Numbered from the stretch's first letter, positions 42,861 through 53,813 are shown. The stretch is 64,000 nt of DNA from an uncultured Gemmatimonadaceae bacterium (GCA_963716745.1 OY970320.1:992001-1056000), one strand, 5' to 3'. The notes: generated from the sequence alone by a model not told the origin. Numbers and translations: made by a program.

Positions 42861-42886
42861 TACGCCGGGAACGCCGAACTGGATCT
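42861..42886 (-). promoter_or_regulatory. Candidate ECF sigma promoter AGATCC-N16-CGTA
   Basis: Minus strand agatcc agttcggcgttcccgg cgta between the anti-sigma gene and the DUF4331 gene. Confidence 0.5.
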
Positions 42887-42896
42887 GTGCCGCGCG

Positions 42897-43708
42897 CTAC
42901 TTGCCCGCGGCGCCCCACCAGGAAGGGCGTGGTGCTCGGCTGCTTGGAGCCGCCGGCGGGCTCGTCGGTCACCGCGATCGCGACGAGGGAATCGCTGGGG
43001 AGCGCATAGGTCGCGCGCACGAAGGCTCTCCCGTCGGGGGCGGCGGCGAAGGTGCCAGCGCTCACCTTCTGCTGGTCCTTCGTGATGAGCCAGAGTTGGT
43101 ACGTGCGGCCGGGCGCGTTCGCCGGGAGATCGTACGCGACGAACGTCCACTTGTTCGCCGGCTGGTCCCAGAACATGCGCGCGAACGGCTTTCGCACGCC
43201 GGCCGCGGCGGCATTGATGACTTTCACGCCCGGGCCGGTGAGCGCGTCGATCGTGGCTTGTTGCTCAGCGATCCTGGAATTGAGGACTTGGTACGCCGAA
43301 TCGGCGTCCGCGAGTCGAAGAGCCTCCCTCGTTTCTTCCCGCGCGACTCCCGTGTACCAGCCCCCGAGCCACCCGAGCACGAGCGCCGCCGCGAGCAATG
43401 CGTAGCGCGCCGCCGGCTGCTGGACCGGCTTCCGCACGCGCGATCCGAGCGACGGCATTCTCCTTGCTATGCGCGACGCGGCGCTGGAGCCGGGCCATCA
43501 CGCGCTCCTTGCGCTCCGGGTCCATCGGCTTGAGCGGGATGGACGAACCGACGCGCGCGGCGACGTCGCGCAGTTCGGCCAGTTCCTTCCGGCAGTCCGC
43601 GCACCAAGCGATGTGCGCTTCCACGGCCGCCGCATCCTCGGGCGACAGTGCGTCCAGCGCGGCCAGCGCGAGCAATTCGCGCGCGTCCTGATGATTCATC
43701 GCGCTCAT
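42897..43708 (-). CDS. Anti-sigma factor, RskA-like; frameshifts near 43460 and 42912
   Basis: ZAS-like HIAWCADC, TM helix, TYQLWLI, AVTDEPAGGSKQPS. Confidence 0.85.
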
Positions 43709-44325
43709 GACGCGCCGCCGCGATGCAGTTCCAGCGGTGCGCGCAGTTTCTCGAGCGCCAAGCGCACGCGCGTCTTCACCGTGCCGAGCGGGAGCGATGT
43801 CTTCTCGGCGATCTCGCTATGGCTCAGACCGGCGAAATACGCGAGCTCGATCACCTCACGCTGATCCGCGGGCAATACGGTGAGCGCGGCCACGACATCG
43901 CGGGCGCGCTCCCAATGTTCGGCCGACGTGTGCGCGTCCGCGTGCGCGGCCGGCGCCTCGGTGCTGAATCCCCGCTGCGGCGCAGCCTTGGTGGGAGGCT
44001 GATCGAGCGGCTCCTCGGCGCGGCGGCGGCGCGAGCGCAGCCGGTCGAGCGCCCGGCTTCGCGCGATCGTCGAGAGCCACGTGGATACTGCGCCACGCGT
44101 CCCATTGTAGCGCCCAGCCTGACGCCAAGCCTGCCAGAAGGTCTCCTCCACCACATCCTCCGCCTCGTCGGCATCGCCGAGCAGGTGAAAAGCGAGCGTG
44201 TGCACCGTGTCGACCCACCGATCGTACAACTGGCCGAGCGCCTGCTCGTCGCCGCGCGCCATGCGCGCGACCACGGCCGCGTCGGTGTTCTCATCATACG
44301 TGTGCTGATCGGGAGGCGGATTCAT
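43705..44325 (-). CDS. ECF sigma-70 factor (SigK-like)
   Basis: AEDVVEETFWQAW, WLSTIARSRALDRLR, LPLGTVKTRVR. Confidence 0.93.
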   Translation of the reverse strand: MNPPPDQHTYDENTDAAVVARMARGDEQALGQLYDRWVDTVHTLAFHLLGDADEAEDVVEETFWQAWRQAGRYNGTRGAVSTWLSTIARSRALDRLRSRRRRAEEPLDQPPTKAAPQRGFSTEAPAAHADAHTSAEHWERARDVVAALTVLPADQREVIELAYFAGLSHSEIAEKTSLPLGTVKTRVRLALEKLRAPLELHRGGAS

Positions 44326-44436
44326 TCTTCCATCAATGTAGACCGGTGGTCGCGGCGCGCCAGACCGCGCTCTGGCGCAATTTTCCGGCGGCCGATAGTA
44401 TCGCGAAGCATCCCGACCATTCGATCAGGAGGCTCC

Positions 44437-45018
44437 ATGCGCCGTCGCCTGCTCGCTCCCGCGATCCTCGTTGCCGCGCTCGGCGCGTGCGTCACCGCGA
44501 GCGTGGAATCGCATCCGATCTCGCCGGCCGATCTGTACGCGCCGGGCAAGGGCGACACGCTCGAGGGCGTGATCTTCTATCAGCCGCGCCCGTACATGCT
44601 GACGTACGTGTTCACGCAGTTCGATCCGGCCGTGTCGAAGAACCCGGCGGACAAGAACGTTCCAGCCACCGACAGCTGCTGGCGCACCGTGCAGCATACG
44701 GAGCTATTGATCCTGCCGGATTTCGCGCACCCGCGCATCATGACGCCGGTGCGCCACGGGATCGGCACCGTGAAGCTCTCGGTGACCATGTCGGGCGGAC
44801 TGATCACGGCGGTGAATTCGGACGGGACATCCACCGCGGCGGATGCACTGAAGGCGATCACCGGAGGAGTGGCGGATATCGCGGGCGCCGTGCGTGCGGT
44901 GGCGCCGGTGCCGCCGAATGCGCGGCGGTGCAATACGGGCGCCGTGTTGTCCGTGATCGAGCCGGTGGATTGGGCGAAGCTGCCGATCCGGTTCGGGCGT
45001 GATACGGCTAACTACTAA
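44437..45018 (+). CDS. Hypothetical lipoprotein
   Basis: AGGAGG RBS, MRRRLLAPAILVAALGAC lipobox. Confidence 0.7.
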   Translation: MRRRLLAPAILVAALGACVTASVESHPISPADLYAPGKGDTLEGVIFYQPRPYMLTYVFTQFDPAVSKNPADKNVPATDSCWRTVQHTELLILPDFAHPRIMTPVRHGIGTVKLSVTMSGGLITAVNSDGTSTAADALKAITGGVADIAGAVRAVAPVPPNARRCNTGAVLSVIEPVDWAKLPIRFGRDTANY

Positions 45019-45138
45019 CTACGCCGGGGCTCGGGACTCGGGACTCGCCGCGGGACGCGAGAGATGCGCGATGGAACCATCGCGCACTTCTCGAATCCCG
45101 CGGCGCTAGTCCCGAGCTCCCGAGTCCCGCGTAGTTAG
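45015..45138. repeat. Family A palindrome
   Basis: ctaactacgc..gggactcgggactcgccgcggga ... tcccgcggcg..gcgtagttag between convergent genes. Confidence 0.85.
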
Positions 45139-45142
45139 TGCG

Positions 45143-47249
45143 TTAAGCTTTCTTCTCCAGATACGCCGCCGTCGCTGAGTCCGCGACCATCCAACTCGAG
45201 TGCAGCAAGAACCCGTGTATCTCATCCGGGAACACGATCAGCTCGTATGACACCCCCGCCGCGTCGAGGCGGCGCGCGAGGTCAACGGTCTGCGCGAAAT
45301 GCACGTTCCCGTCGGCATCGCCCTGGATGAGCAGCACCGGACTCTTCCAGCCGGCGATCGAACTCACGGGCGATGACCGCCACGCGACAGCCTTGGCGCT
45401 GTCGAGATCGCCGCGCTCGTAACGCCATCCCGGCGGCGCGTACGCATCGCGGATGTCGGACAGCCAGTCGTGCACGCCGTGCAAGTCCACGCCGGCGGCG
45501 AACACGTTCGAGTTCTTCGCGAGCGCCATCGCGGTAAGGAAGCCGCCGTACGATCCGCCCCAAATGCCCACGCGCTTCGGATCCACGTTCGGCAGCGCCG
45601 CCAGATATTTCCCGGCCGCGAGCACGTCCTGGTACTCTGCGGCGCCCGCCGGTCCCGCGTGCGGCGGATGATGGAAATCATGTCCGTAGCCGATGCCCAG
45701 CCGATAGTTAACAGTCACCACCACGAATCCCCGGCTCGCGAGATACTGATTCACCGCATAGCCGTTCGAGTAGTAGTCCATGTAGTGCCAGCCGAGCATC
45801 ATTCTGACGCGGCGGACCGCCGTGCACGAACACGACGGCGGGGCGCTTGCCGGCGAAGGCCGGGTTCTCGAAGAGCTGACCGTGGACCACCGTGCCGTCG
45901 GCCGCCTTGTATGACACGGCTTTGGGGATCACGAATCCCACTCCGGGCCAGTCGGCCGGCAGACGATCTTCGCCAATGAGGCGCGGCCCCTGCGCGGAGC
46001 CGAACGTGTAGACCGCCGGGAGCGGCGGCCGTTGTGCCTCGGAAGAGATGAACACCACGTCCTTCATGTCGCCGGTGATCACCGGCGTCCACTGGATGCC
46101 AGCGCCCCTCGTGATCGCCGTGAGTTCGGTGCGGTCCACGGCGAGCCGGAAGATGTGCCGCCGCTCATCGTCGCCCGCGTAGCCGCCGGTATTCGCGCTG
46201 TACACGATGAACTTGTGATCGCTCGACATCGACACGTGCTCCACCATGAAATTCCCGGCGGTGAGCAGCGTGGGTGCGCCACCCGCGGCGGGCACGCTGT
46301 ACAGATGCGGCCAATTGTCGAGATCGGCGAGGAAGATCAGCACGTCGCCCGCGCCCCACGCCAGATTCGCACTGCCGGCGGTCTCGGGGAACGATCCGTG
46401 CAGCGTCTTGGGACTCTGCCACGCGAGGTGGTCCGCGCCCGTCGCGACATCCGCGACACGAATGGACCACGGCGATGGCGTGAGCTTGAGGTACGAGTCC
46501 GGCGCGCCGCCCTGCCCCGGCACGCGGACGAACGCGATGCGCTTCCCATCGGGCGACCATTTGGGACTGAAATCGTACGACGCCGCCGGCGCGAGGAAAC
46601 GGATCGGCGCGGAATCGGAGGTGAAGACGCCGATGAACGAGTGATCGCCGCGCTCCGAGACGAACGCGAGCTGCGAACCATCGGGCGAGAATGTCAGCTC
46701 GCTGTTCGTGCCACGCGCGTAGAACAATTGCGCGGCGGGTTTGCCGCTGGTGAGTGACACCCAGTACACCTGGCCGCCGCGCGTGAACACCACGCGGTCG
46801 CCCTTGGGTGACACGACGGGCGCGTCGCCCTCGGTGAGCAGCCGTGGCGCCGAATCCGCCGCGACATTCACCGCCCAGATCCCGACTCTCGGCTGCACCG
46901 TGCCGAGCGTGGGATTCGGCGCGTCGTTCGGCCAATTCGAATCGTGATCGCCGCCGCGCACGAACACCACCGTCTTGCCATCGGGCGTGAAGGCAAGTTG
47001 GCCGAGTTCCTGACCGTCCTCCACCACGTAGCGCGTGAGTTTGCGCGCGGCCCAGTCGGGTGCTTGTGCCTCGTAGATATTCCGAACGCCCTGCTCATTG
47101 AACACCCACGCGACCGCAGCGCCGTTGGGTGCGGCGGTGAGTTCCAAGGGATACGGATAACTCAGCGCTTGCTTGAGCGTGAAGGAGGGAGGGGATTGGG
47201 CGCTGAGTGAGAACGCCGCGGCTGCAGAGAGAACGAGAAGCTTCTTCAT
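45143..47249 (-). CDS. S9 family peptidase with PD40 propeller; frameshift near 45803
   Basis: Signal peptide, FSPDG/WSPDG repeats, HGGP, GGSYGG, DEIHGF. Confidence 0.92.
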
Positions 47250-47301
47250 GGAGGCCTCGATGGGAGTCGGGCGGAATATGCGGTACGAAGGGCGTGCATG
47301 G

Positions 47302-47436
47302 AACCGCTGACGGCGTTCGCGGTACCGCGAACGGCGCGCGTGGCGTTGGCGTTGGGAGCGGCGGGCAGCACGGAGAAGCAGTCCCATACGCCAACGCTAA
47401 CGCGCCGTTGGCGGTACCACCCGCGCCGTTAGCGGT
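47302..47436. repeat. Family C palindrome, copy 1
   Basis: accgctgacggcg..ggtaccgc..ttggcgttggg / ccaacgc..gcggtacc..cgccgttagcggt. Confidence 0.8.
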
Positions 47437-49670
47437 CAGTTCCCGACCCGTTCCCGTAAAGCGATGAACCTCGGCTCCGCGCGGATCTCGATCATCCGTG
47501 AGTCGGTCTTGAGGAGCATCATAGAATGTGATTTCTCCTCGTACGCCTTCTCGAGCAATTCGAACGTGCGTTCCTTATCGCCCAGTGCCAGGTGTACCGT
47601 GGCGAGTTCGAAGCTCGAGACGTACCGCTGCTTCGCGACCTCGGCGAGTTCGCCAAGCAGCGTTTCCGCTTCGGCGCGGTGACCGGCGAGCGCGTGGACA
47701 CGCGCGAGTGCGGCGAGCATCGTGGGATTCCGTTGCGAGAGCGCGACCGATCGCTCCATCTGCGCCTGCGCTTCGGAGAGGCGGCCCAGCGCCGCGTAGT
47801 TCAGGCCCATCCACCAGGTGGCGACCAGGAAGTCCTCGTCGAGATCGAGCGCGGCGCGATAGTGCGGGATCGCCTCCTCGAAGCGGCCGGCCAGATGGTA
47901 GCAATGACCCATCGCGGCGAGCATGATGAGCGCGAGCGGCTCGAGTTCCAGCGCCTGCCGCGTGAACGCGAGCGCCTCCTCCGTGAAACCCCGCAGCATC
48001 TGCAGATTCCCATAATAGAACGGCGCCGTCGGATAACGCGGGTTCAATACCATCGCGCGTTTGAGGTCGCGCGCCGACCCATCGAGATCCCAATCGTAGT
48101 ACAGCTTCGCGTATCCCCGCGCCGCGTACGCCTCCGCGACCGTCGGGTCCAGCTCGCACGCTCGATCCATGGCCGCGTGCGCGAGCGGGAATGCCTCGCG
48201 TGGCGCCATGTAGTCCCAGAAGCCCAAAATGTTATAGCTGTCAGCCAGCCCCACATGGGCGCGCGCATACGTCGGATCCTTCGCGATCGCCTGTTCGAAA
48301 TAACCGACTCCCCGCCGCAGCGCCGTCTCGTTCCGCTTCGCCCAGTAGTAGCGGCCCTTCAGATAGAGCGCATACGCATCGACGTTCTCGGTGGGCTTCT
48401 TCACGAGCGTCGCATCGGGGTCGCCGAGTAGCTTGATCTTGAGCACGTCCACGATCGCGCGCGCGATCTCATCCTGGATCGCGAACACATCGTGCAGCTC
48501 ACGGTCGAACGTGTCGCTCCACAGGTGGTAGCCATCGGCGACGTCGATGAGCTGCGCGGTGATCCGCAGACGCGTGCCCGACCGGCGCACGCTCCCCTCG
48601 AGCACCGCGGCGACGTTCAGCCGCTCGCCGATCACGCGCACATCCTCGGTCTTGCCCTTGAACGCGAACGCACTCGTGCGCGCGGCGACGCGCAGCGACG
48701 GGATGCGCGTGAGCGCGTTGATGATCTCTTCGCTGATGCCGTCGCTGAAGTACTCGTTCTCGGCGTCGGCGCTCATGTTCGCGAAGGCAAGCACCGCGAT
48801 GGACTTCGCCATCGCCGGGCCGGCGCGCGCGGGGGTGACCTCCGTCGACGCCAGCGCCGTGCCGAATTCGGCGGCGGTGGAGTACCGATCGTCCGGCCGC
48901 TTGGACATTGCGCGCGCGAGCGCCTGCACGACGCCGTCAGGCGCCGCCGCGCTCACGCGCCGGAGACTCGGCGCCGTCTCGGTGAATCGCTTGATCATCA
49001 CCGCCTGCGATGTGGCGCCCATGAAGGGCGGCTCGCCCGCGATCATCTCGTACGCCATGGAGGCGAGGGAGTAGATGTCGCTGCGCCCATCCACGTCGGC
49101 ATCGCCCGCGATCTGCTCGGGGCTCATATAGGCGGGTGTCCCGATCGCGAGCCCCGCCTCGGTGAGCGTGGACGTGCCCGACCCGCTCACCGCCTTCGCG
49201 ATCCCGAAGTCCGCCACGAGCGCTTCGCCGTCCTGCAGCAGGATGTTCTCGGGCTTCACGTCGCGGTGGATCACGCCGCGGCGGTGCGCGTAGTCCAGCG
49301 CGGACGCGACGGCGCGCGCGATGCGGATCGTCTCGCCGGGTGAGAGCCTCCCCTCGCGCAGCATGCGCGCGCGCAGCGTCTCGCCCTCGATGAGCGGCAT
49401 CACATAGTACAGGAGCCCGTTGCACTCTCCCGAATCGTGCACCGGCACGATGTGCGGATGCTGCAATCCGGCTGCGATCGTGATCTCGCGCAGGAACCGG
49501 TCGGGCCCGACCGCCGCCGAGACATCGGGTCGCAGCACCTTGAGCGCGACGCGCCGGTCGAGCTTCACATCACGCGCGACGAAGACGACGGCCATGCCGC
49601 CGTGGCCGATCTCCTTCTCGACGATATAACGGTCGCCAACACCGGCGTGGAGGCGTTCGATCAATTCCAT
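47436..49670 (-). CDS. Ser/Thr protein kinase with TolB-N-like and TPR domains
   Basis: GHGGMAVV, VALK, HRDVKPEN, DFG, GTPAYMSPE; SIAVLAFANMS. Confidence 0.95.
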   Translation of the reverse strand: MELIERLHAGVGDRYIVEKEIGHGGMAVVFVARDVKLDRRVALKVLRPDVSAAVGPDRFLREITIAAGLQHPHIVPVHDSGECNGLLYYVMPLIEGETLRARMLREGRLSPGETIRIARAVASALDYAHRRGVIHRDVKPENILLQDGEALVADFGIAKAVSGSGTSTLTEAGLAIGTPAYMSPEQIAGDADVDGRSDIYSLASMAYEMIAGEPPFMGATSQAVMIKRFTETAPSLRRVSAAAPDGVVQALARAMSKRPDDRYSTAAEFGTALASTEVTPARAGPAMAKSIAVLAFANMSADAENEYFSDGISEEIINALTRIPSLRVAARTSAFAFKGKTEDVRVIGERLNVAAVLEGSVRRSGTRLRITAQLIDVADGYHLWSDTFDRELHDVFAIQDEIARAIVDVLKIKLLGDPDATLVKKPTENVDAYALYLKGRYYWAKRNETALRRGVGYFEQAIAKDPTYARAHVGLADSYNILGFWDYMAPREAFPLAHAAMDRACELDPTVAEAYAARGYAKLYYDWDLDGSARDLKRAMVLNPRYPTAPFYYGNLQMLRGFTEEALAFTRQALELEPLALIMLAAMGHCYHLAGRFEEAIPHYRAALDLDEDFLVATWWMGLNYAALGRLSEAQAQMERSVALSQRNPTMLAALARVHALAGHRAEAETLLGELAEVAKQRYVSSFELATVHLALGDKERTFELLEKAYEEKSHSMMLLKTDSRMIEIRAEPRFIALRERVGN

Positions 49671-49703
49671 GGGCCACAATCTAGCTTCTTAGGGCGTGTG
49701 TCG

Positions 49704-49865
49704 AACCGCTGACGGCGGGGTTGGTACCGCCAGACGGCGGGACGTGGCACCGTTGGCGTTCGGGATTGGCATTGGGACCTCCAAGGAGCCCGCGGTACCG
49801 AACGTCAACGCCACCACGCCGCATCGGTACCAATCCCGCCGTTCAGCGGTGCCAGCACCGCAGTT
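49704..49865. repeat. Family C palindrome, copy 2
   Basis: accgctgacggcggggttggtaccg ... cggtaccaatcccgccgttcagcggt. Confidence 0.8.
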
Positions 49866-50773
49866 CAGGCCCTCACGAAATCCTTCCCCTCATGCCCGAA
49901 CTTGAACGCCTCAGGATGCAGGATCTCTGCGAGTATCTCCGCACTCTCGACGATCCTCGGCCCGGAGCGGTTGAAGTATGCGTTCCCATCGGCGAGGTAC
50001 ACTCGCCCCGCGCGCACGGCCGGCAGCTCCTTCCAGCCGTGGATTTGAGTCAGCGCCGGATACTCCTCCCTTGTGCGATCGAGATCGAATCCGCACGGCG
50101 TCACCACGATCACGTCCGGTGCTGCCGCGGCCAACGCGGAGGGCTCGCATACCGGACTGTGCACACCCGGCTTGCCGAGCAGCGGCACGCCGCCGGCGAT
50201 CTCGACCAGCTCGGGCATCCAATTGCCGCCGGTGAAGATCGGCGCGATCCACTCGATCACGGCGACGCGCGGATGAGGCAAACCGCGCGACGTCGCCGCG
50301 ACCGCGTCCAGACGTCCGCGGAGCGACCTGATCAATTCCTCGCCGCGCTGCGGAATCCCGATCGCCGCGGCGACTCTGGCGATGTCGCCCCAGATGTCGG
50401 CGAGCGTGTACGGCGAGAGATCGACGATCGGCGTCTCGTGACCCAGCCACGCGCCGCAGGTGGCCGCGAGATCGCCGGGACTCACGGCGCAAACCTCACA
50501 CTGGGTCTGGGTGACTAATACATCGGGGGCCAGACCACGCAGCTTCTCCGAGTCCACGCGATAGACCGAGAGTCCTTCCTGAAGCACCGCTTGCACCTGC
50601 TGGTGGATCTCGTAGCTCGTGCCATCGAACGGATACTTCGGCGACGTGACCTGGGGGAGCGCTTTCACGCCGGCGGGGTAGTCACACTCATGCGAGCGGC
50701 CGACGAGGAGGCGCTGTTCGCCAAGAGCGCAGACGATCTCGGTGCCCGATGCAAGAAGAGAGACGATACGCAT
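49865..50773 (-). CDS. BtuF-like/cobalamin-binding ABC-type substrate-binding protein, no signal peptide
   Basis: MRIVSLLASGTEIVCALG..LVGRSHECDYP, QCEVCAV, YFNRSGPR. Confidence 0.88.
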   Translation of the reverse strand: MRIVSLLASGTEIVCALGEQRLLVGRSHECDYPAGVKALPQVTSPKYPFDGTSYEIHQQVQAVLQEGLSVYRVDSEKLRGLAPDVLVTQTQCEVCAVSPGDLAATCGAWLGHETPIVDLSPYTLADIWGDIARVAAAIGIPQRGEELIRSLRGRLDAVAATSRGLPHPRVAVIEWIAPIFTGGNWMPELVEIAGGVPLLGKPGVHSPVCEPSALAAAAPDVIVVTPCGFDLDRTREEYPALTQIHGWKELPAVRAGRVYLADGNAYFNRSGPRIVESAEILAEILHPEAFKFGHEGKDFVRA

Positions 50774-50833
50774 AGTTTGAAAACTAACAGTCGTTGGTCG
50801 TACGCGTTTGGAACTGACCGGAGCGAAATCGTC

Positions 50834-51838
50834 ATGAGAATGCGAATGCTGTCCCTGGCCGCGCTCCTGCTCTGCGCACATACGCTCCCCGCCCAGGACG
50901 CGCCGGCGATGCCGCATGTGGATCGCGTGCGCATCGCGGAGGCGTTCCGGCTCGCGGATGCGGTGCAGGACAAGATCTGGCCGGGCTGGAGCAGCGCGCC
51001 GTTCGCGGTACTGCTCGTCACGCCGAAGTATGAATTCCTGATCCGGCATCCGAAGCCGAGCGAGGATTTCACGCTCATCGGGTACGACAGTGTGATGCAG
51101 GAGAAAGTGTGGTATCGCGAGCGGCAGTATTCCGTGAGTTTCCTCGCGACGTTCCCGGCGGTGGGCGGCGTGCCGACGATCGTGATCGGCGAGGCGGAGT
51201 ACACCACGGCGAAGACCAGCACGCCGTGGGTGGTCACGCTGGTACACGAGCACTTCCATCAGCTGCAATATTCACGGCCCGGTTACTACGACGGCGTGAC
51301 CGCGCTCGGCCTCTCGCACGGCGATCAGTCGGGGATGTGGATGCTGAACTTCCCGTTCCCCTATGCGGATTCAGCGGCGCAAGTGAGGTTCGCCGCCGCC
51401 GCGCGCGCACTGGGCGCTGCGTTGAACGCGCGCGGACAGCCACGTTTCCCGGCGGCCGTGGCTGCGTTCCGCCGCGACGACAGAGCGTTCATGTCGAGAG
51501 TGGCTGCGGAGAGTGCGAAGTACTTCGCCTTCCAGTTGTGGCAGGAGGGGATAGCGCGTTATACCGAGTATCGCGTGGCGGCCGCGGCGTCGAGGGGCTA
51601 CGAGCCCGGCCGCGAATTCAAGGCGCTCAAGGATTACACCGCGTACTCCGCGGTCGCGGCGAGCGTGCTGCGCAACATTGAGTCGGAACTCGCGAACGAG
51701 CAGCTCGGGCGGGATCAGCGAGTGGTCGTGTACAATTACGGCGCGTCGATCGGCTTGCTGCTGGACCACGCGGAGCCGAAGTGGCAGGCGAAGTATTTCG
51801 CGGAGCCGTTCGATCTTGAGAGGTACTTCAATCACTGA
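50834..51838 (+). CDS. Secreted protein with HEXXH zinc-metallopeptidase motif
   Basis: Signal peptide; LVHEHFHQLQ and downstream QEGIARY. Confidence 0.7.
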   Translation: MRMRMLSLAALLLCAHTLPAQDAPAMPHVDRVRIAEAFRLADAVQDKIWPGWSSAPFAVLLVTPKYEFLIRHPKPSEDFTLIGYDSVMQEKVWYRERQYSVSFLATFPAVGGVPTIVIGEAEYTTAKTSTPWVVTLVHEHFHQLQYSRPGYYDGVTALGLSHGDQSGMWMLNFPFPYADSAAQVRFAAAARALGAALNARGQPRFPAAVAAFRRDDRAFMSRVAAESAKYFAFQLWQEGIARYTEYRVAAAASRGYEPGREFKALKDYTAYSAVAASVLRNIESELANEQLGRDQRVVVYNYGASIGLLLDHAEPKWQAKYFAEPFDLERYFNH

Positions 51839-51847
51839 TCAAGCAGG

Positions 51848-51952
51848 ACTGCGGGACTGGCACCGCTAACGGCGGGATTGGCGTTGGGGGTCAACCTGCG
51901 CGGGTCCGGTCACCAACGCTAATCCCGCCTCCAGCGGTACCAGTTCCGCGGT
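51848..51952. repeat. Family C palindrome, copy 3
   Basis: actgcgggactggcaccgctaacggcgggattggcgttgg / ccaacgctaatcccgcc..agcggtaccagttccgcggt. Confidence 0.8.
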
Positions 51953-51973
51953 CAGCGGTGCGACTCACGCCTT

Positions 51974-53632
51974 TCACGTCGTCGCTTCAGCTGCTGCGCG
52001 TCCCGCGACGCGTCCTGAGAACAGACACCCGCCCAGGAACGTCCCCTCGAGCGCTCGATAACCGTGCATCCCGCCGCCGCCGAAGCCGGATGCTTCGCCG
52101 GCGGCGTATAGTCCTGGCAGCGGCTGACCATCCGCGCCAAGCACGCGCGCAGAGAGATCGGTCTCGAGTCCGCCGAGTGACTTACGTGTGAGAATGTTCA
52201 AGCGAACCGCGATGAGCGGACCGGCCGCGGGATCCAGCAGCCGGTGCGGCTTCGCGACGCGAATGAGCCGGTCGCCAATGTAACGTCGAGCGCGCCGGAT
52301 CTCGCGCGCCTGCCAATCGGTTGGATCGGCGCTCATCATCTGCTCGTCGCGCACGCTGATCTCGCGCGCGACCTGCGCGACATCCAGCAGCGCTGATCCC
52401 GCGAGCGCGTTCATCGCGTCGACCAGTTCGGGCAGTGTGCGCCGCACGACGAAATCCGATCCGCGATCGACGAACGCCTGCACCGGCGGCGGCGCGCCGC
52501 CCATCAGTCGCGTGCGAATGAGTGACAACACGCTCTTGTTGGTGATGTCCGGATTCTGCTCCGATCCGCTCAGCGCGAATTCCTTCTCGATCGTCCGCTG
52601 CGTGAGCACGAACCACGTGTAGTCGTAGCCCGTGCGCGTGATGCGCTCGAGCGTGCCAAGCGTGTCGAAGCCGGGGAAAATGGGAGACGGCAGGCGCCGC
52701 CCGGTCGCGTCGAGCCAGAGCGAGCTCGGCCCCGGGATGATGCGGATCCCGTGATCGCTCCAGATCGGCGCCCAGTTGTGCAGCCCCTCGGTGTAATGCC
52801 ACATGCGATCGCCGTTCACCACGCGCGCACCAGCGCGCTCACTGATCGCGAGCATCCGGCCATCCACGTGATCGGGCACGCCGCACACCATGGTCTTCGG
52901 CGCGGCGCCGAGACGCGACGGCCAGTTCTTGCGCACCAGCTCCAAGTTCGCGCCAATGCCGCCCGACGCGACGATCACGATCGGCGCACTGAACGCGAAG
53001 GCGCCGGCCACCAGACGCGAACTCTTCGCGCCGCGCGCCACGGCACTCGCCTCCAGGACATCACCGCTGACGCCCGTCACCGCGCCATTCGTGACGACGA
53101 GGTCATTCACGCGGTGCCGGAATCGGAGCGTCACGAGTCCTCGCGATTCCGCCACGCGCACACGGCGCACGAACGGCGCGAGCACGCCTGGCCCCGTGCC
53201 CCACGTGAGATGAAATCGCGGAACGGAATTCCCCACCGGGCTCCCCGCTACTCCACCGCGCTCCGCCCAGCCGACTACCGGGAAGAATCGGATGCCCTGC
53301 GCGCGCACCCACGCGCGTTTCTCTCCCGCCGCGAAATCCACGTACGCCTCGGCCCACTTCCGAGGCCATGCATCCTCGGCGCGATCGAATCCCGCCGTAC
53401 CCATCCAGTCGCGCAACGCGAGTTCGCGCGAATCGCGGATGCCGAGGCGACGCTGCTCGGGCGAGTCGACGAGAAAGAGACCGCCGAGCGACCAGAACGC
53501 CTGGCCTCCGAGTGATTGCTCGGGCTCTTGATCGACGATGATCACATGGCGACCGGCGTCGGCGAGCTCGGCAGCCGCAACGAGGCCGGCAAGTCCGGCG
53601 CCAATGATGATCACATCGGCATCGAGAGGCAT
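51974..53632 (-). CDS. FAD-binding dehydrogenase (COG3573-like)
   Basis: GAGLAG, GGQAFWSLGGLF, PRFHLTWGTGPG, HGYRALEGTFLGGC. Confidence 0.9.
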   Translation of the reverse strand: MPLDADVIIIGAGLAGLVAAAELADAGRHVIIVDQEPEQSLGGQAFWSLGGLFLVDSPEQRRLGIRDSRELALRDWMGTAGFDRAEDAWPRKWAEAYVDFAAGEKRAWVRAQGIRFFPVVGWAERGGVAGSPVGNSVPRFHLTWGTGPGVLAPFVRRVRVAESRGLVTLRFRHRVNDLVVTNGAVTGVSGDVLEASAVARGAKSSRLVAGAFAFSAPIVIVASGGIGANLELVRKNWPSRLGAAPKTMVCGVPDHVDGRMLAISERAGARVVNGDRMWHYTEGLHNWAPIWSDHGIRIIPGPSSLWLDATGRRLPSPIFPGFDTLGTLERITRTGYDYTWFVLTQRTIEKEFALSGSEQNPDITNKSVLSLIRTRLMGGAPPPVQAFVDRGSDFVVRRTLPELVDAMNALAGSALLDVAQVAREISVRDEQMMSADPTDWQAREIRRARRYIGDRLIRVAKPHRLLDPAAGPLIAVRLNILTRKSLGGLETDLSARVLGADGQPLPGLYAAGEASGFGGGGMHGYRALEGTFLGGCLFSGRVAGRAAAEATT

Positions 53633-53665
53633 GATTCTACTTACCATAGCCGCACTGCAAGGACG

Positions 53666-53813
53666 GCGGAACTGGTACCGCGAGCGGCGGGGTTGGTACC
53701 GCGAGACGGCGTGTGTGGCGTTGGCGTTGGGAGCTGCGTGCTCAATGGAACTCGCGGTGCCCAACGCCAACGCTAACGCGCCATTCGCGGTACCAGCCCC
53801 GCCGTTCGCGGTT
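53666..53813. repeat. Family C palindrome, copy 4
   Basis: ggtaccgcgagcggcggggttggtaccgc..ttggcgttggg / cccaacgccaacgc..gcggtaccagccccgccg. Confidence 0.8.

Noticed and set aside
45015..45138. Integron attC sites (AAC...GTT ends)
   Set aside because: RYYYAAC/GTTRRRY not matched, flanking genes are convergent or mixed, no integrase
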